A DNA stretch of 64,000 nucleotides, taken from an uncultured archaeon (GTDB lineage: Archaea; Micrarchaeota; Micrarchaeia; Micrarchaeales; CABMGC01). Location: the NCBI GenBank assembly GCA_963729635.1, contig CAVSOP010000009.1, positions 64,688 through 128,687 of the forward strand, in the 5' to 3' direction. The notes below the pieces were generated by a model. It worked only from the letters and a program-made list of their open reading frames with translations, did not search any database and was not told where the DNA came from. A program made the position numbers and the translations under genes. This document shows, piece by piece, positions 33,740-45,024 of the stretch; positions within the stretch are counted from its first letter, which is position 1; each line of letters begins with the position of its first letter.

Positions 33740-34933
33740 TCCCATCTACCCGTTATCGCCGCGCCTATGCACTGCTCGAGAGAGCCGAACCTTACCTTTA
33801 GCCCCGAGTGGGTCGGCGCGTAGAACGCCGCCTTGCCGGAGTTCGTGGCCAGGTTCGTGAATCCGAAGTCCTCGACCGGCGCGACCACCAGGCACGTGTC
33901 GTTGAGCACCTTCCCTCCGCTCTGCGTTATGGTTCCGACCGCCTCCTTCGCCTTCTCGCTTACGTACTTGGAAGTGGTTATCCACAGCTCCGCCTTCACC
34001 TTCTTGCCCCTCAGCAGTTCCGCGATCCTGTTAAGCTCCTCCACGGAGGCGTGCGGGCAGCCTATGCTGACGAAATCTATGTCCTTGACATCTGAGTTCA
34101 GCGCCGCGTAGCCCTCGTCAAGGCTCTCTATGGTTATCCTCTCCGCCGTGTCCCTCAGCGCGTTCCCTTCTTTGGCCTCCGGAGTGATCCCCTCGGCGTG
34201 GTACAGCGCCACCGCGCCGCTCGCGGCCATGGATGCGCCGAAGACCTTGAGCTTGTCGCGGTCCGATTCGTTCAGACCCTTCACGTAGGGCACCTTGTTC
34301 TTGACCATCCTGCCGATCATGTTCCCGAGCGCGCCGAAGTCCTCGAATCCCTTGACCTCGCACTTCACGTCGAATACGAAGTCCGCCTTCCTGTTCTCGT
34401 CCAGGTGGAAGCCGTACGCCGCGGTCTTCCCGCAGATGGCGGCGGCAAGTGCCGAGGGGCCTCCCTCCCTGTTGGTCCTCGCGCCTATCACCGAGTTCGC
34501 GTACGCTACAGCAGACGATTCGCCCCACGCTATGTGCTCCCCGAACTTCGGGTACGTTGCCGATCAGGTAGGGGGTGCACGTGCACGTCGATGGTATTCC
34601 CATCTTCATGAACGCGTCCATGACCTTGAGCTGCTTCTTCGCGAACTCCTCCTTGAACCCGAGCTTCCTCCAGTTCTCCAGGTCCATGCCGGCCGGGTTC
34701 AGCGTCGTCTTGACGGTGATTTTGCCCCCCTTGCTCGCCCAGTCCTCCAGGAACTCTATTCCCGCGTCGCCAAGGTTCTTGTAGCTGACCCCGGAGACCT
34801 GCACGCTCCCCACGTCGACCAGCTTCTCCGCGTCGTAGATCTTCCCCAGCGCCACGATGATCTCCATGGCCTTGCGCACGCCCTCGCCGCCCTCGCCCGC
34901 GAGCATCCGTTCTTCTTCTTTCGTGAGGAACAT
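33736..34933 (-). CDS. Aconitase X catalytic (DUF521) subunit / phosphomevalonate dehydratase large subunit (one frame disruption)
   Basis: MFLTKEEERMLAGEGGEGVRKAMEIIVALG...TCTPYLIGN (ORF 34118..34933) continues as GEHIAWGESSAVAYANSVIGARTNREGG... (ORF 33736..34491). Switch near 34545. Confidence 0.8.
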
Positions 34934-34937
34934 CGGA

Positions 34938-36255
34938 TCACAAATAACTCTTCAGGTCGACCTCGCCGTACCTCTCGCGCTTGAAGCTCTTGTCCTTCTT
35001 GTCCCAGGGGATGGTGGCGTCGATGCCCGCCTTCGCGGTCGTCGCTTTCTTACCCTCAGTCAGGTCCCCCGAGGGGTCCAGCGACGATCCCGGCTGGCCC
35101 GCCGTGACAATCGCGTTCCTGTCAGCCTGGAACCTGGTGGCTATCGACCATTCCACGTCGTTCGGGTTGTAGATGTCGATGTCGTCCTCCACTACGATGC
35201 AGTGCTTGAGGGAGCCGTGGCCCCTGAACGCGGCCTCGGCGGCCTTCCTGCCGTCGTCGGTGTTCCGCTTCTCTATCTGGACCACCGCGTGCAGCCATGA
35301 CGCCCCCCCCGGGGTCACGAGGACGTTCCTGCACTTGCAGACCTTGCTCACCTCGTTGAATATCGTCGGCTCCCTGGGCATGCCCATGAGGAGCTTGTGC
35401 TCGCCCATCCCGGGCAGCAGGGCGTGGAACATCGCGTCCTTCCTGCGCGTGATCTTCTTTATCTCGATAACCGGCTGCTCCCTCTTCCGGTCGTATGTCT
35501 CGGTCAGGTCGAGGAACGGGCCCTCCTTAGTCGTCCTGTTGGTTATCCTGCCCTCGAGCACGAACTCGGTCTCGGCGGGCACCTCTATGTCCACCGTCTT
35601 GCACTTCACCAGCTTGGTCTCCTCCAGCGCGTTGGCCATTCCGAGCTCGTCGACGCCGATAGGGAACGAGGTCGCGCCCGCCAGCAGGACCGGCACGGAG
35701 TTCCCGATGCAGATCGCGACGTCGAGCTCGCCGGTCTTCTTCAGGGCGGTGTACGTCCCCCGGTTCTCGACTATCCTGGCCGCGAAATGGTTCCTGTCCA
35801 TCTGCATCAGCCTGTGGAAGCTCGAGTTCCTCATGCCCGGTCTCGGGGTCCTTAGTTATGCAGACCGCGGAGGCGATGTACTTTCCCCCGTCCTTGGGCA
35901 TGTAGCTGCAGGATGGGCAGCGCGTCAAGGTCGGCGTCCTCGACGACCTCCTGGCACGGCCCGCTCCCGACGACCTCCGGTTCTTTCCTGTTGTTCATCG
36001 CGTGGACGAGCGTCTCCGAGCAGCCGCTCCTTGGCTATGCCCAGCGAGGACGCCACCAGCTCCCTCGAGGAGATCAGGTTCCCGACCACCGGGAAACTTC
36101 GACTCCTTGACCTGCTCGAAAAGCACCACCTTCCCGTCGAGGGCTGCGAGGATGTTGGCGATCTCGAATTCGGTGGAGACCTCCTTCCTTATCCTCACGA
36201 GCCTGTGCCCGGCTTCCAGCCCCTCTATGAATTTCCTGAGCCCATAAGTATTCAC
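34938..36255 (-). CDS. UbiD-family decarboxylase (candidate anhydromevalonate phosphate decarboxylase; frame-disrupted)
   Basis: N-terminus LRKFIEGLEAGHRLVRIRKEVSTEFEIANILAAL...VLFEQV and the long C-terminal ORF 34938..35834 are UbiD-like. Reconstruction needs 4 single-base frame switches between 35830 and 36100. Confidence 0.75.
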
Positions 36256-36267
36256 GCTTATCCTGAT

Positions 36268-37311
36268 TCAGCATTTAAATCCCCGTGGCCTCATCCCCGA
36301 GATTGGCCGATGCGCCTGCCAATGAGCGGACTGGCCTCGAATGCGTCGAAGCCCTCTCGCCTTGAACGCGGACATCAGCGCCTCTTTGTTCTCTGCCTTC
36401 GCCAGGACCACGGCCATCCCGCCGCCGCCCCCGCCGCTGAGCTTCGCGCCGAAGGCGCCGTTCGCCCTCGACAGTTCCACGACCCTGTCCAGGTTGCCGT
36501 TCGATACGCCCAGCCGCCTCAGCAGCTCGTGGTTCCTGAACATGTGCCTTCCCGCCTCGCCCAGGTCGCCCTTCTCGAGCGCGGCGTGGCCCGAGAGCGT
36601 GCAGTCGTCTATCTCGTCAAGCATCCTCTCCGTGCTCTCCTTGTCGCTCTTGTAGAGGCTCGCCACGCGGCCCACGGTGACCGCGGTGCTGAGCTTCGGC
36701 CCGGTGTTCACCAGTATGAGATTCAACGGCGTCCCTATCTTCTCCTTCCTCGCGCCTAGCGCGGAGTTGTACGTCACGTAGCCCCCGTAGAAGGCGGTGG
36801 AGACGTCTATGCTGCCCGCGTTCTCGTTGACGTGGGCTACCCTCTCGCCGTCCCTCGCGATGTCGATGACCTTCGCGCCGGGAAGGCCGCTGCCCTTGGC
36901 GAGGAGGCAGGTGAACGCGGTGAAGCAGGATGCGCTGCTCGACATTCCGGACTTGACTGGTATCTCTGAGCTCACCCTCATGTCCCTGTGGAGCACGTCG
37001 ACGCCGCACTCGGCGAAAAGCCTGGCAGCTATCGTGGCGAAGGGGAGGAAATCCAGGTTGATGCACGAGCCCGCGACGTACTCGGCCATGTTCTTCCTCG
37101 CCCTGTACGCGACGCTGATGTCGCGCAGGTCGTTCGCGCGCAATTCGATAGACTTGTCGCCCAGGTCGGGCAGCGCGATCCCCAACCCGCCCGATGCCTC
37201 CTCGGAGGAGCATCTCGCGTACTTGCTTACCGCTAAGGCCATCGAGTTCCTGCCGTACACGACCGCGTGCTCGCCGAAGAGCTTTATGACCCCCGGAGCC
37301 CTTATCTCCAT
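36268..37311 (-). CDS. mvk: Mevalonate kinase (GHMP kinase)
   Basis: From the ATG at 37311: MEIRAPGVIKLFGEHAVVYG. GHMP motif IPVKSGMSSSAS. C-terminal KLSGGGGGG. The track ORF starts further upstream at 37422. Confidence 0.85.
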   Translation of the reverse strand: MEIRAPGVIKLFGEHAVVYGRNSMALAVSKYARCSSEEASGGLGIALPDLGDKSIELRANDLRDISVAYRARKNMAEYVAGSCINLDFLPFATIAARLFAECGVDVLHRDMRVSSEIPVKSGMSSSASCFTAFTCLLAKGSGLPGAKVIDIARDGERVAHVNENAGSIDVSTAFYGGYVTYNSALGARKEKIGTPLNLILVNTGPKLSTAVTVGRVASLYKSDKESTERMLDEIDDCTLSGHAALEKGDLGEAGRHMFRNHELLRRLGVSNGNLDRVVELSRANGAFGAKLSGGGGGGMAVVLAKAENKEALMSAFKARGLRRIRGQSAHWQAHRPISGMRPRGFKC

Positions 37312-37481
37312 CTCGCATATATGCGCAGGGGATGAATTTATTAGTATTCTTGCGCATCGCACATCGACGAAGTGCGAATGCGCGCGCCGCCCTTCGGGCG
37401 TCCGGACGCATTTCACGTTCATTGTCGAAGCATATGGGGCCGCTTAAATAGCACGGGAAACAAAGGTATGCTTGGGATAAC

Positions 37482-37832
37482 ATGGTAGACACAGCGACAA
37501 CGATAAAAAGTCAACCGATAGAGGTAGGCGTTTTTAATCCGAGCATTTCGCGCGCGGATTTGCAGCAAGAACCGGCGCCGGTTCCAGTCGTCAGGCGAAC
37601 AACCGAGCTTGCACGCGTTCACAGGGATTACCCCACCCACGACGTTCCGCTGAGAAGCGCAGTGGACGATATGCTCCAGCAGGAGCCCGCCGCATCTTCC
37701 TTCAGAAGCGTGAAGCGTCCTAGCGACTTGGCGGTGGCGAGAGCAAGGCCCCTGCAGGTTTATGTAGAGCCCCAAATCAACAGTGGCGGAGTCCTGGACA
37801 TACTGCCACTCGAAGTTGCGGCGGACGCGTGA
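37482..37832 (+). CDS. Hypothetical protein (weak call)
   Basis: 116-aa ORF divergent from mvk and followed 4 nt later by the next ORF. Mixed codon usage; no family recognised. Competes with antisense ORF 37419..37919. Confidence 0.3.
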   Translation: MVDTATTIKSQPIEVGVFNPSISRADLQQEPAPVPVVRRTTELARVHRDYPTHDVPLRSAVDDMLQQEPAASSFRSVKRPSDLAVARARPLQVYVEPQINSGGVLDILPLEVAADA

Positions 37833-37836
37833 TTCC

Positions 37837-38382
37837 ATGGACGCATCGACGATGGAGGGCCGCGGAGCATCCGCCCCGACTCCTTTCGACAAGCTGGATA
37901 CCCAAAGGCAGTGTCTCATACTGGCAGAGCTTCACGAGAAGAACGAGAACCTGTCCATGGCGCTGACTCTCCAATTGTTCGGAAGCGACGAGCCGTCAGA
38001 ACTGGTGAACGGAGTGCGCGTCAAGAGATCCGTGGCCAATGTTCTGGCTTCGGGAATCTGGAACGGATCAATAGACATAGACATACTATCGTCCGTCTCC
38101 CACGCGAGGGAGGTGTGGACAACGGATTATTCGGAATTCAAATTGCCCAAGGAGGCAGTCATCTGCGCTCTGGACAGGGTAGCCGCGCAGCTAGCGGCTC
38201 CCAGGTGGGACGATATCGGAGAACAGCTGACCGCCGCCCGCAGGAGGGGCATAGAGGAAAGGTCCGCAGGGATCGGCAACGCCCTGGCGCTCGCGAAAGG
38301 AGTAAGATCGAGCGTGGTTAGCGATAGAGTCGCCGCTCCCGCAGCCGTTTCCCTACGCAAAGTCGGTTTTCCTACTGCCTGA
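37837..38382 (+). CDS. Hypothetical protein
   Basis: 181 aa from the ATG at 37837 (track ORF 37783..38382). Backbone-like codon usage; no family recognised. Confidence 0.45.
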   Translation: MDASTMEGRGASAPTPFDKLDTQRQCLILAELHEKNENLSMALTLQLFGSDEPSELVNGVRVKRSVANVLASGIWNGSIDIDILSSVSHAREVWTTDYSEFKLPKEAVICALDRVAAQLAAPRWDDIGEQLTAARRRGIEERSAGIGNALALAKGVRSSVVSDRVAAPAAVSLRKVGFPTA

Positions 38383-38523
38383 AGCGCAGTGGAGGGGAGG
38401 CCTGCGCTGGACTCGTCCTGACGTAATTTTCAATGCAGAGCATAGCCTTTATTAGCGTTCGGGCGCACAGTATATCAGTATATCGACGGACGCGACTGGA
38501 GTTCGCCATACCGGTGTTTTTAC

Positions 38524-39482
38524 ATGGCAACGCAAAGCAAGAAGGACCTGCTCAAGAGGCACGTCAAGGACATAGACCTCAAGAGGGACATGACCGTCAG
38601 GGAGCTGATCGACGGCATGGAGAACGTCGGCGGCTTCTCCGCGCAGCACATGGTCGACGGGATAAAGATACTCGACAGCATGCTCAAGGACAAGGACTCG
38701 TTCAATTTCCTCTCGTTTCCCGCTGACATAGTGGCCACGGGCCTCAGGGGCGCGCTCGCGGCCTCGGTGAAGTACTTCGACGCGATAATCACCACCTGCG
38801 GCACGCTCGACCACGACCTGGCCAGGGCCCACGGTGGCGTGTACAGCCTGGGGAGCTTCTACGCCGACGACGCCAAGCTCTTCAAGGAGAAGATATACAG
38901 GCTCGGCAACGTCTTCATAGAGCAGAAGGAGTACGGGCGGAGAGGTCGAGGACTCCTTCAACGAGATAATGATGGACATCTACAAGTCCCCGGACTACAA
39001 GAAGGAGTACAGCCCGAGCGAGCTGCTGAGGGAGTTCGGCAAGCGGATGAAGGACGACGGCTCCATAATGAGGCAGGCGTACCTGCACAACGTTCCCGAT
39101 CTTCAACCCGGGCATAGTCGACGGCGCCTTCGGGACGCAGCTGATGATGTTCTCGCGCACGCACGACTTCAAGCTCAACCTGCTGAGGGACGAGGTGATC
39201 CTGAGCGACATAGGCTTCGACAACAAGGTCACCGGCGCGCTGATGGTCGGCGGAGGCATAAGCAAGCACCACGTGATCTGGTGGAACCAGTTCAAGGGGG
39301 GCCTCGACTACGCGGTCTACATAACCACCGCGACGCAGTTCGACGGCAGCCTCTCAGGGGCCAGGCTCACCGAGGCGGTCTCGTGGGGCAAGGTGAAGGA
39401 GCTGGCGAAGCAGGTCACGATAGACGGCGACGCCACGATAATCCTGCCGATAATGTTCTCCTGCCTGAACCTTACGAAATGA
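38524..39482 (+). CDS. dys: Deoxyhypusine synthase (two frame disruptions)
   Basis: FLSFPADIVATGLRG...ITTCGTLDHDL (ORF 38524..), middle part in the frame of ORF 38969.., then GIVDGAFGTQL...MVGGGISKHHVIW...SLSGARLTEAVSWGK (ORF 39144..39482). Switches near 38935 and 39100. Confidence 0.85.
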
Positions 39483-39658
39483 ACCAGGCCGACCCTGCAG
39501 ATAGCCTTAAATTACCGTTTGAGCTGATATTCATACAAGAATAAAATAGGCAGAAGTATATAAGTACTAAAATAGGCCATTAATCTCGTAGGATGGTCAA
39601 TTCCCATGAGGGTTATTTCCTCAATCTAGGTTTAACGTTTGAACAATTTGGTGAACCA

Positions 39659-40820
39659 ATGTCGTCGAACTATTCTTTTACGTCGGAGAGCGTTGCCGAA
39701 GGGCACCCGGACAAGGTCGCGGACCAGATATCTGACTCGGTGCTGGACGCGATACTGGAGAAGGATCCTGCCGCGCACGTTGCCTGCGAGACCATGGTCA
39801 TGCAGGGCATGGTCCTGCTGACGGGGCAGATAACCACCAGCGCATACGTTGACATATCCAAGGTGGTGAGGAAGACGCTCAAGGAGATCGGCCTCGACAA
39901 CGCCAAGGACGGTCTGGACTGGTCGACATGCGGGATAATAACCGCGATCGAGGAGCAGTCGCCCGACATAGCGATGGGAGTCCAGGAGAGCACCGGCCTG
40001 GACATCGGCGCGGGAGACCAGGGAATGGTCTCCGGATACGCTTCCGGACGAGACCAAGGAGCTCATGCCTCTCCCGATACTCCTGGCGCAGAAGCTCGCA
40101 TTCAGGCTCGCGGAGTGCAGGAAGACGGGCGTGCTGCCTTACCTGAGGCCCGACGGCAAGTCGCAGGTGACCGTCGAGTACGTCAACAACGTGCCGAAGA
40201 GGGTCTCGGTCGTCGTCATAGCCGCGCAGCACAACGAGGGCGTGGAGGAGGAGCAGATAAAGAAGGACATAATCGAGAAGGTCATCAGGCAGGTCATACC
40301 TGCGGAGCTGCTCGACGCGAACACGAAGTTCATAATCAACGGCACGGGAAGGTTCGTCATAGGTGGCACCCTGGCGGACACCGGACTCACCGGAAGGAAG
40401 ATAGTCGTCGACAGCTACGGGGCGATGGGGAGGACCGGCGGAGGCTGCTTCAGCGGGAAGGACCCGACCAAGGTCGACAGGTCCGGAGCGTACATGGCGA
40501 GATACATCGCGAAGAACATCGTCGCCGCGGGCCTGGCGAAGAGGTGCGAGGTCCAGGTCGCGTACGCCATAGGGATATCCCAGCCGGTATCTTTCTACAT
40601 CGAGACTTCGGGCACAGGAATCATACCCGACGAGAAGATTACGGAGATCGCGCAGAAGGTCTTCGACACAAGGCCGGGAGCGATGATAAAGCTCCTCGAC
40701 CTGAGGAGGCCGATCTACAAGAAGACCGCGTGCTACGGGCACTTCGGAAGGGAGGAACCGGACTTCACATGGGAGAGGACGGACAAGGCCGCCGAGCTGA
40801 AGGCGGCAGCGGGGATCTGA
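39659..40820 (+). CDS. metK: S-adenosylmethionine synthetase, bacterial/eukaryotic MetK type (one frame disruption)
   Basis: [27 protein letters not shown]...GAGDQGM.. then [14 protein letters not shown]...[12 protein letters not shown]...[18 protein letters not shown] (ORF 40065..40820). An extra G at 40046/40047 causes the switch. Confidence 0.9.
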
Positions 40821-40852
40821 TCAGGCGGTTTTCTTTTCCGGCCGCGTCGGCG

Positions 40853-41479
40853 TCATCTCTGCGCCTTCGCGAGCCTTTTCTTGACGTGCTTCAGCGAGGA
40901 GAAGGTGTCCCTGTCCATCTCGTTCAGCGTGAACGAGATGCTCGCGGCCTGCCTCTTCATGTTGGGTATGACTATGTTCTCGAGGGCGTTGACCCTCCTC
41001 TTGACTTTGTCTATCTCTATCACGAGCCTCCTGAGACCCTGCTCCCTCTTCGCGATCTCCACGACCATCCTCTTCACGTGGCCGAAGGAGTCCTCCACGT
41101 CGCTGACCGCGATGCTCGTCTGGAACCACGCTCCGCCGGAGGCCTCTGCGCCGAACTGCTGCTCAATGATGGGTATCCTGACGCCCATGACGTTCCTTAT
41201 GCCTAGGCTCACCGTGCTCGTGTCCTCCATCTGCGCGGCGGCCTGCTCGAGCTCGAAGTCCCCGGCGAAGGTCGAGGCTATCGCCGTGGTCTTGTAGGCG
41301 GCCCTGAGCATCTCCTGGAGCCTCGCCCTGTCCGCCTCCGACTTCTGGAGGATCTTGAAGAACTCGATCACGAGCGCCTCCCTCTTCTTCTTGAGGAGGG
41401 CGTGCCCCTTCCCCGCGAGCTTGGCGCTCTTCTTGAGGTTGATCAGGTTCATCCTTGTCGGGTTTATCTTCGAAGGCAT
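40853..41479 (-). CDS. atpD: A-type ATP synthase subunit D
   Basis: 208 aa. [32 protein letters not shown] is the typical D-subunit N-terminus. Last gene of the atp operon. Confidence 0.9.
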   Translation of the reverse strand: MPSKINPTRMNLINLKKSAKLAGKGHALLKKKREALVIEFFKILQKSEADRARLQEMLRAAYKTTAIASTFAGDFELEQAAAQMEDTSTVSLGIRNVMGVRIPIIEQQFGAEASGGAWFQTSIAVSDVEDSFGHVKRMVVEIAKREQGLRRLVIEIDKVKRRVNALENIVIPNMKRQAASISFTLNEMDRDTFSSLKHVKKRLAKAQR

Positions 41480-41483
41480 CGTT

Positions 41484-42875
41484 TCACTTCTCGGCCTTGC
41501 CCTTCTTGAGGTACTTGTCTATGTACTCCTTCTTGATCCTCGTGAGGTCCTCCTCCGGCAGGCCGGCGAGAAGCTCCCATCCGATCTGCAGGGTCCTCTC
41601 TATGTTCCTGTCCTCGAACTCGCCCTGGCTTATGAACCTCTTCTCGAACTCGTTGCCGAAGCCGAGGTAGAGCTTGTCGCTCTCGCTCAGCGCCTCCGCG
41701 CCGATTATCGCGCTGAGGTTCCTCGCCTCCTGCGCCCTGGAGTATGCGCCGGCGAGCTGGTCCGCCACTCCGCGGTGGTCCTCCCTCGTCTTCCCGGGGC
41801 CGATGCCGTTGCCCATGAGCCTCGAGAGCGACCCGATCGGGTTGACCGGCGGGTAGATGCCCTTGTTGCCCAGCCCCCTGTCCAGGTATATCTGGCCCTC
41901 GGTGATGTAGCCGGTGAGGTCTGGTATCGGGTGCGTGACGTCGTCGCCCGGCATCGTGAGTATCTCGAGCTGGGTTATGCTCCCCTTCTTGCCGCGTATG
42001 ACGCCGGCCCTCTCGTATAGGCTCGCGAGATCCGTGTACATGTATCCTGGGTAGCCCCTCCTTCCCGGCACCTCCTCCCTCGCGCTCGCGAGCTCCCTGA
42101 GGGACTCGCAGTAGTTGGTCATGTCGGTGAGCATGACAAGCACGTGCATGCCCCTCTCGTAGGCCAGGAACTCGGCCGTCGTCAGCGCGAGCCTCGGCGT
42201 GAGTATCCTCTCGATGCTCGGGTCGTCGGCGAGGTTGATGAACGCCACCGTCCTCTCCAGGGATCCCGTCTTCCTGAAGTTCTCTATGAAGTAGGACGCG
42301 TCGTCGTACGTGACCCCTATCCCGGCGAAGACCACGGCGAACTTCTCGCTCATGTTCTTCACCTTGGCCTGCCTAGCGATCTGCGCGGCGAGCTGGTTGT
42401 GCGGGAGACCCGCGCCGGAGAAGATCGGGAGCTTCTGGCCCCTGACCAGGGTCATCATGCAGTCTATCGTGGAGACGCCGGTCTCTATGAAGTCGCTCGG
42501 CATCTGCCTCGCGACCGGGTTCATCGGCTCCCCGTTTATGTCCTTCTTCTCCCCGCTCAGTACTGCCGAGCCGCCGTCCTTCGGCCTGCCCTGCCCGTCG
42601 AATATCCTCCCGAGCATGTCGTCGCTCACGTGGGTCGTGAAGGTCTCGCCGAGGAAGCTCACGGACGTCGTCTCGACGTTTATGCCGCTAGTGGCCCCGA
42701 AGACCTGCACCACCGCGTATCCGTCGGCGCTCTCGAGCACCTGCCCGAGCTTGCTCTCCCCGCTCTGCAGGGTTATCCTCACTATCTCGCCGTACGCCGC
42801 GTTCCTCACGCTGTTCACTACTATGAGCGGTCCCGCGACGCGCTCGATCGTCTTGTATTCTACGTCAAATCTCAT
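41484..42875 (-). CDS. atpB: A-type ATP synthase subunit B
   Basis: 463 aa. [14 protein letters not shown]..., [18 protein letters not shown] and [15 protein letters not shown] are typical of the non-catalytic B subunit. Confidence 0.95.
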   Translation of the reverse strand: MRFDVEYKTIERVAGPLIVVNSVRNAAYGEIVRITLQSGESKLGQVLESADGYAVVQVFGATSGINVETTSVSFLGETFTTHVSDDMLGRIFDGQGRPKDGGSAVLSGEKKDINGEPMNPVARQMPSDFIETGVSTIDCMMTLVRGQKLPIFSGAGLPHNQLAAQIARQAKVKNMSEKFAVVFAGIGVTYDDASYFIENFRKTGSLERTVAFINLADDPSIERILTPRLALTTAEFLAYERGMHVLVMLTDMTNYCESLRELASAREEVPGRRGYPGYMYTDLASLYERAGVIRGKKGSITQLEILTMPGDDVTHPIPDLTGYITEGQIYLDRGLGNKGIYPPVNPIGSLSRLMGNGIGPGKTREDHRGVADQLAGAYSRAQEARNLSAIIGAEALSESDKLYLGFGNEFEKRFISQGEFEDRNIERTLQIGWELLAGLPEEDLTRIKKEYIDKYLKKGKAEK

Positions 42876-44668
42876 TCGCTCACCTTCTCAGTCTCCTCCG
42901 CCGTGGCCTCCTCCCTTATCAGCTTGCCGAACTCCCCGTCCGTCTCGGCCATGACCGACTTGACCTCTGCCTCTATCGAGGACTCCTTGGTCTCCTTCAG
43001 CCTGGCCAGCTTGCCCCTGACGGGGACCCTCATTATCTTGTCCGCGCTGACCCCCTTCTCGGCGGCCTCGCCGGCCCTGTCCCCGAAGTGGAGTATCGAC
43101 TTCAGCATGAGGTCCTGCTTCTTCAGGCTCGTGTACGCGTCTATCTCCTCGTACGCGTTCTGCCTCAGGAAGCTCTCCCTCAGCATCCTCCCGACCTCGA
43201 GTATTATCCTCTCGCTGTCCGGGAGAGCGTCGGCGCCGACCAGCTGGACGATGTCCTTCAGGTCAGCCTCCTTCTGCAGGAGCGTCATCGCCTGTTTCCT
43301 GAGCCCGGAGAACTCCGGGCTGACGTTCTCGGCGTACCACTTGTCGAGCGCGTTGGCGTAGAGCGAGTAGCTGGAGAGCCAGTTTATCGCCGGGAAGTGC
43401 TTCGACCCGGCGAGCGAGGCGTCCAGCGCCCAGAAAGTCTTTATGACCCTGAGCGTGCCCTGCGAGACCGGCTCGGAGAGGTCCCCTCCAGGTGGCGATA
43501 TGGCCCCTACGACCGTTATGGATCCGAAGGATCCCCCGAGAGTCCTTATCCTGCCTGCCCTCTCGTAGAACTCCGCGAGCCTCTTGGGCAGGTAGGCGGG
43601 ATATCCCTCCTCGCCCGGCATCTCCTCAAGCCTTGCGGAGATCTCCCTCATGGCCTCGGCCCACCTCGACGTCGAGTCTGCCATGAGCGCCACGTCGTAT
43701 CCCATGTCCCTGAAGTACTCGGCCATGGTTATGCTCGTGTAGACGCTCGCCTCCCTTGCCGCGACGGGCATGTTGCTCGTGTTCGCTATGAGTATCGTCC
43801 TCTCCATGAGGGGCCTGCCCGACTTCGGGTCCTTCAGCTCCGGGAACTCGACCAGCACGTCGGTCATCTCGTTCCCGCGCTCTCCGCATCCCACGTAGAC
43901 CACTATGTCCGCGTCGGCGTACTTGGCTATCGAGTGGAGCGTGACGGTCTTCCCGCTGCCGAACGGCCCCGGTACCCCGGCGACCCCTCCCTTCGCGACC
44001 GGGAAGAGCGAGTCTATGATCCTGACCCCGGTGAGCAGAGGCATGTTCGTCGCTATCTTCTCCGCGATCCTCGCGCCGGTCCTAACCGACCTGGTCTGGA
44101 GCATCGTTATCTTGACGCTCCCCTTGGGCGTCCTGACGGAGGCGACCTCGTTCTCGACGGTGAAATCGCCCTCCCTTATCTGCTCGAGCGTGCCCGAGAC
44201 CCCGTACGGGACCATTATCCTGTGCTTTATCAGCTCGGTCTCCTGGACGTAACCAAGCACCTGGCCCTCCGTGACCCGCGTGCCCTTCTTGACGCCCTTC
44301 TCGGCGTGGAAGCGCCACTTCTTCTTCCTGTCGATGGCGTTGAGCGAGATGCCCCTCGCTATGAAGTCGCCGCTCTTCTCCCTGATGACGTCGAGAGGCC
44401 TCTGGACCCCGTCGAATATCTTGGAGAGCAGGCCCGGCCCGAGCTCCACCGAGAGCGGCTTGCCCGTCGAGGTTACCTCCTCGCCAGGCCTCACTCCGCT
44501 GGTGTCCTCGTAGACCTGTATGACCGCGTTGTCCTTCTCAAGCCTTATTATCTCCCCTATCAGCTTCGCCGACCCCACCTTCACCACGTCGTACATGCTG
44601 CTTCCGCGCATGTCCTTTGCGACCACCAGCGGCCCTGCGATTCTCTCTATTGTTCCCATGATAATCAC
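42872..44668 (-). CDS. atpA: A-type ATP synthase catalytic subunit A
   Basis: 598 aa. P-loop [19 protein letters not shown], and [19 protein letters not shown]. Confidence 0.95.
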   Translation of the reverse strand: MIIMGTIERIAGPLVVAKDMRGSSMYDVVKVGSAKLIGEIIRLEKDNAVIQVYEDTSGVRPGEEVTSTGKPLSVELGPGLLSKIFDGVQRPLDVIREKSGDFIARGISLNAIDRKKKWRFHAEKGVKKGTRVTEGQVLGYVQETELIKHRIMVPYGVSGTLEQIREGDFTVENEVASVRTPKGSVKITMLQTRSVRTGARIAEKIATNMPLLTGVRIIDSLFPVAKGGVAGVPGPFGSGKTVTLHSIAKYADADIVVYVGCGERGNEMTDVLVEFPELKDPKSGRPLMERTILIANTSNMPVAAREASVYTSITMAEYFRDMGYDVALMADSTSRWAEAMREISARLEEMPGEEGYPAYLPKRLAEFYERAGRIRTLGGSFGSITVVGAISPPGGDLSEPVSQGTLRVIKTFWALDASLAGSKHFPAINWLSSYSLYANALDKWYAENVSPEFSGLRKQAMTLLQKEADLKDIVQLVGADALPDSERIILEVGRMLRESFLRQNAYEEIDAYTSLKKQDLMLKSILHFGDRAGEAAEKGVSADKIMRVPVRGKLARLKETKESSIEAEVKSVMAETDGEFGKLIREEATAEETEKVSE

Positions 44669-45024
44669 TTCTTCGTTTTGTCAGCTGCCATCAGGTCTAT
44701 GCCGACGGCCCTAAGTATCAATCTCCTGAGCGTGTCGCTGTTCGTCTCCTCCTCCCCGTATCCAGGTATCGCTATGACGACCGGGTCGAGGGAGTTCTCT
44801 ATCCTGTGGAGGAGCCTCCTGTCCCTGATTTCGGCGAGCGTGCCCTCGCTCGCTATTATGATGCCGACGTCCTTCCTCTCGAACAGGTCCGCGAGGAGCC
44901 TCTCGGGGTCCTCGCCCTTGCTCAGCGGGTAGGTCTCCTTCACCCCGGAGAGCTTCAGCCCCAGGGAGAGCAGCTGGTCGCCTATGACGACCATCTTCTT
45001 GGACTGTTGGATCATCTGGACCAT
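44665..45024 (-). CDS. atpF: A-type ATP synthase subunit F
   Basis: 119 aa. [18 protein letters not shown]... is the typical F-subunit pattern. Operon position between C and A. Confidence 0.85.
   Translation of the reverse strand: MVQMIQQSKKMVVIGDQLLSLGLKLSGVKETYPLSKGEDPERLLADLFERKDVGIIIASEGTLAEIRDRRLLHRIENSLDPVVIAIPGYGEEETNSDTLRRLILRAVGIDLMAADKTKK

Noticed and set aside
35173-36759. 528-aa plus-strand ORF and similar ones (17357..18613, 39879..40742 minus, 27264..28088 minus)
   Set aside because: They are antisense to the UbiD/mvk, presenilin-like, metK and OFOR genes respectively. No motifs were seen. High GC suppresses stop codons in non-coding frames.
37423-37481. Possible ncRNA (SRP RNA or similar) in the poorly explained 37.4-37.85 kb region
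   Set aside because: I looked for SRP helix-8/helix-6 type motifs and for C/D box pairs on both strands and found nothing convincing. The region is left as weak hypothetical ORFs.
37835-37840. CCATGG providing start codons on both strands (plus ORF at 37837; minus ORF 37419..37838)
   Set aside because: The two divergent ORFs would overlap at their start codons with no promoter space. The minus ORF also overlaps the plus ORF 37482..37832. I kept the plus-strand pair at low confidence and dropped the minus ORF.
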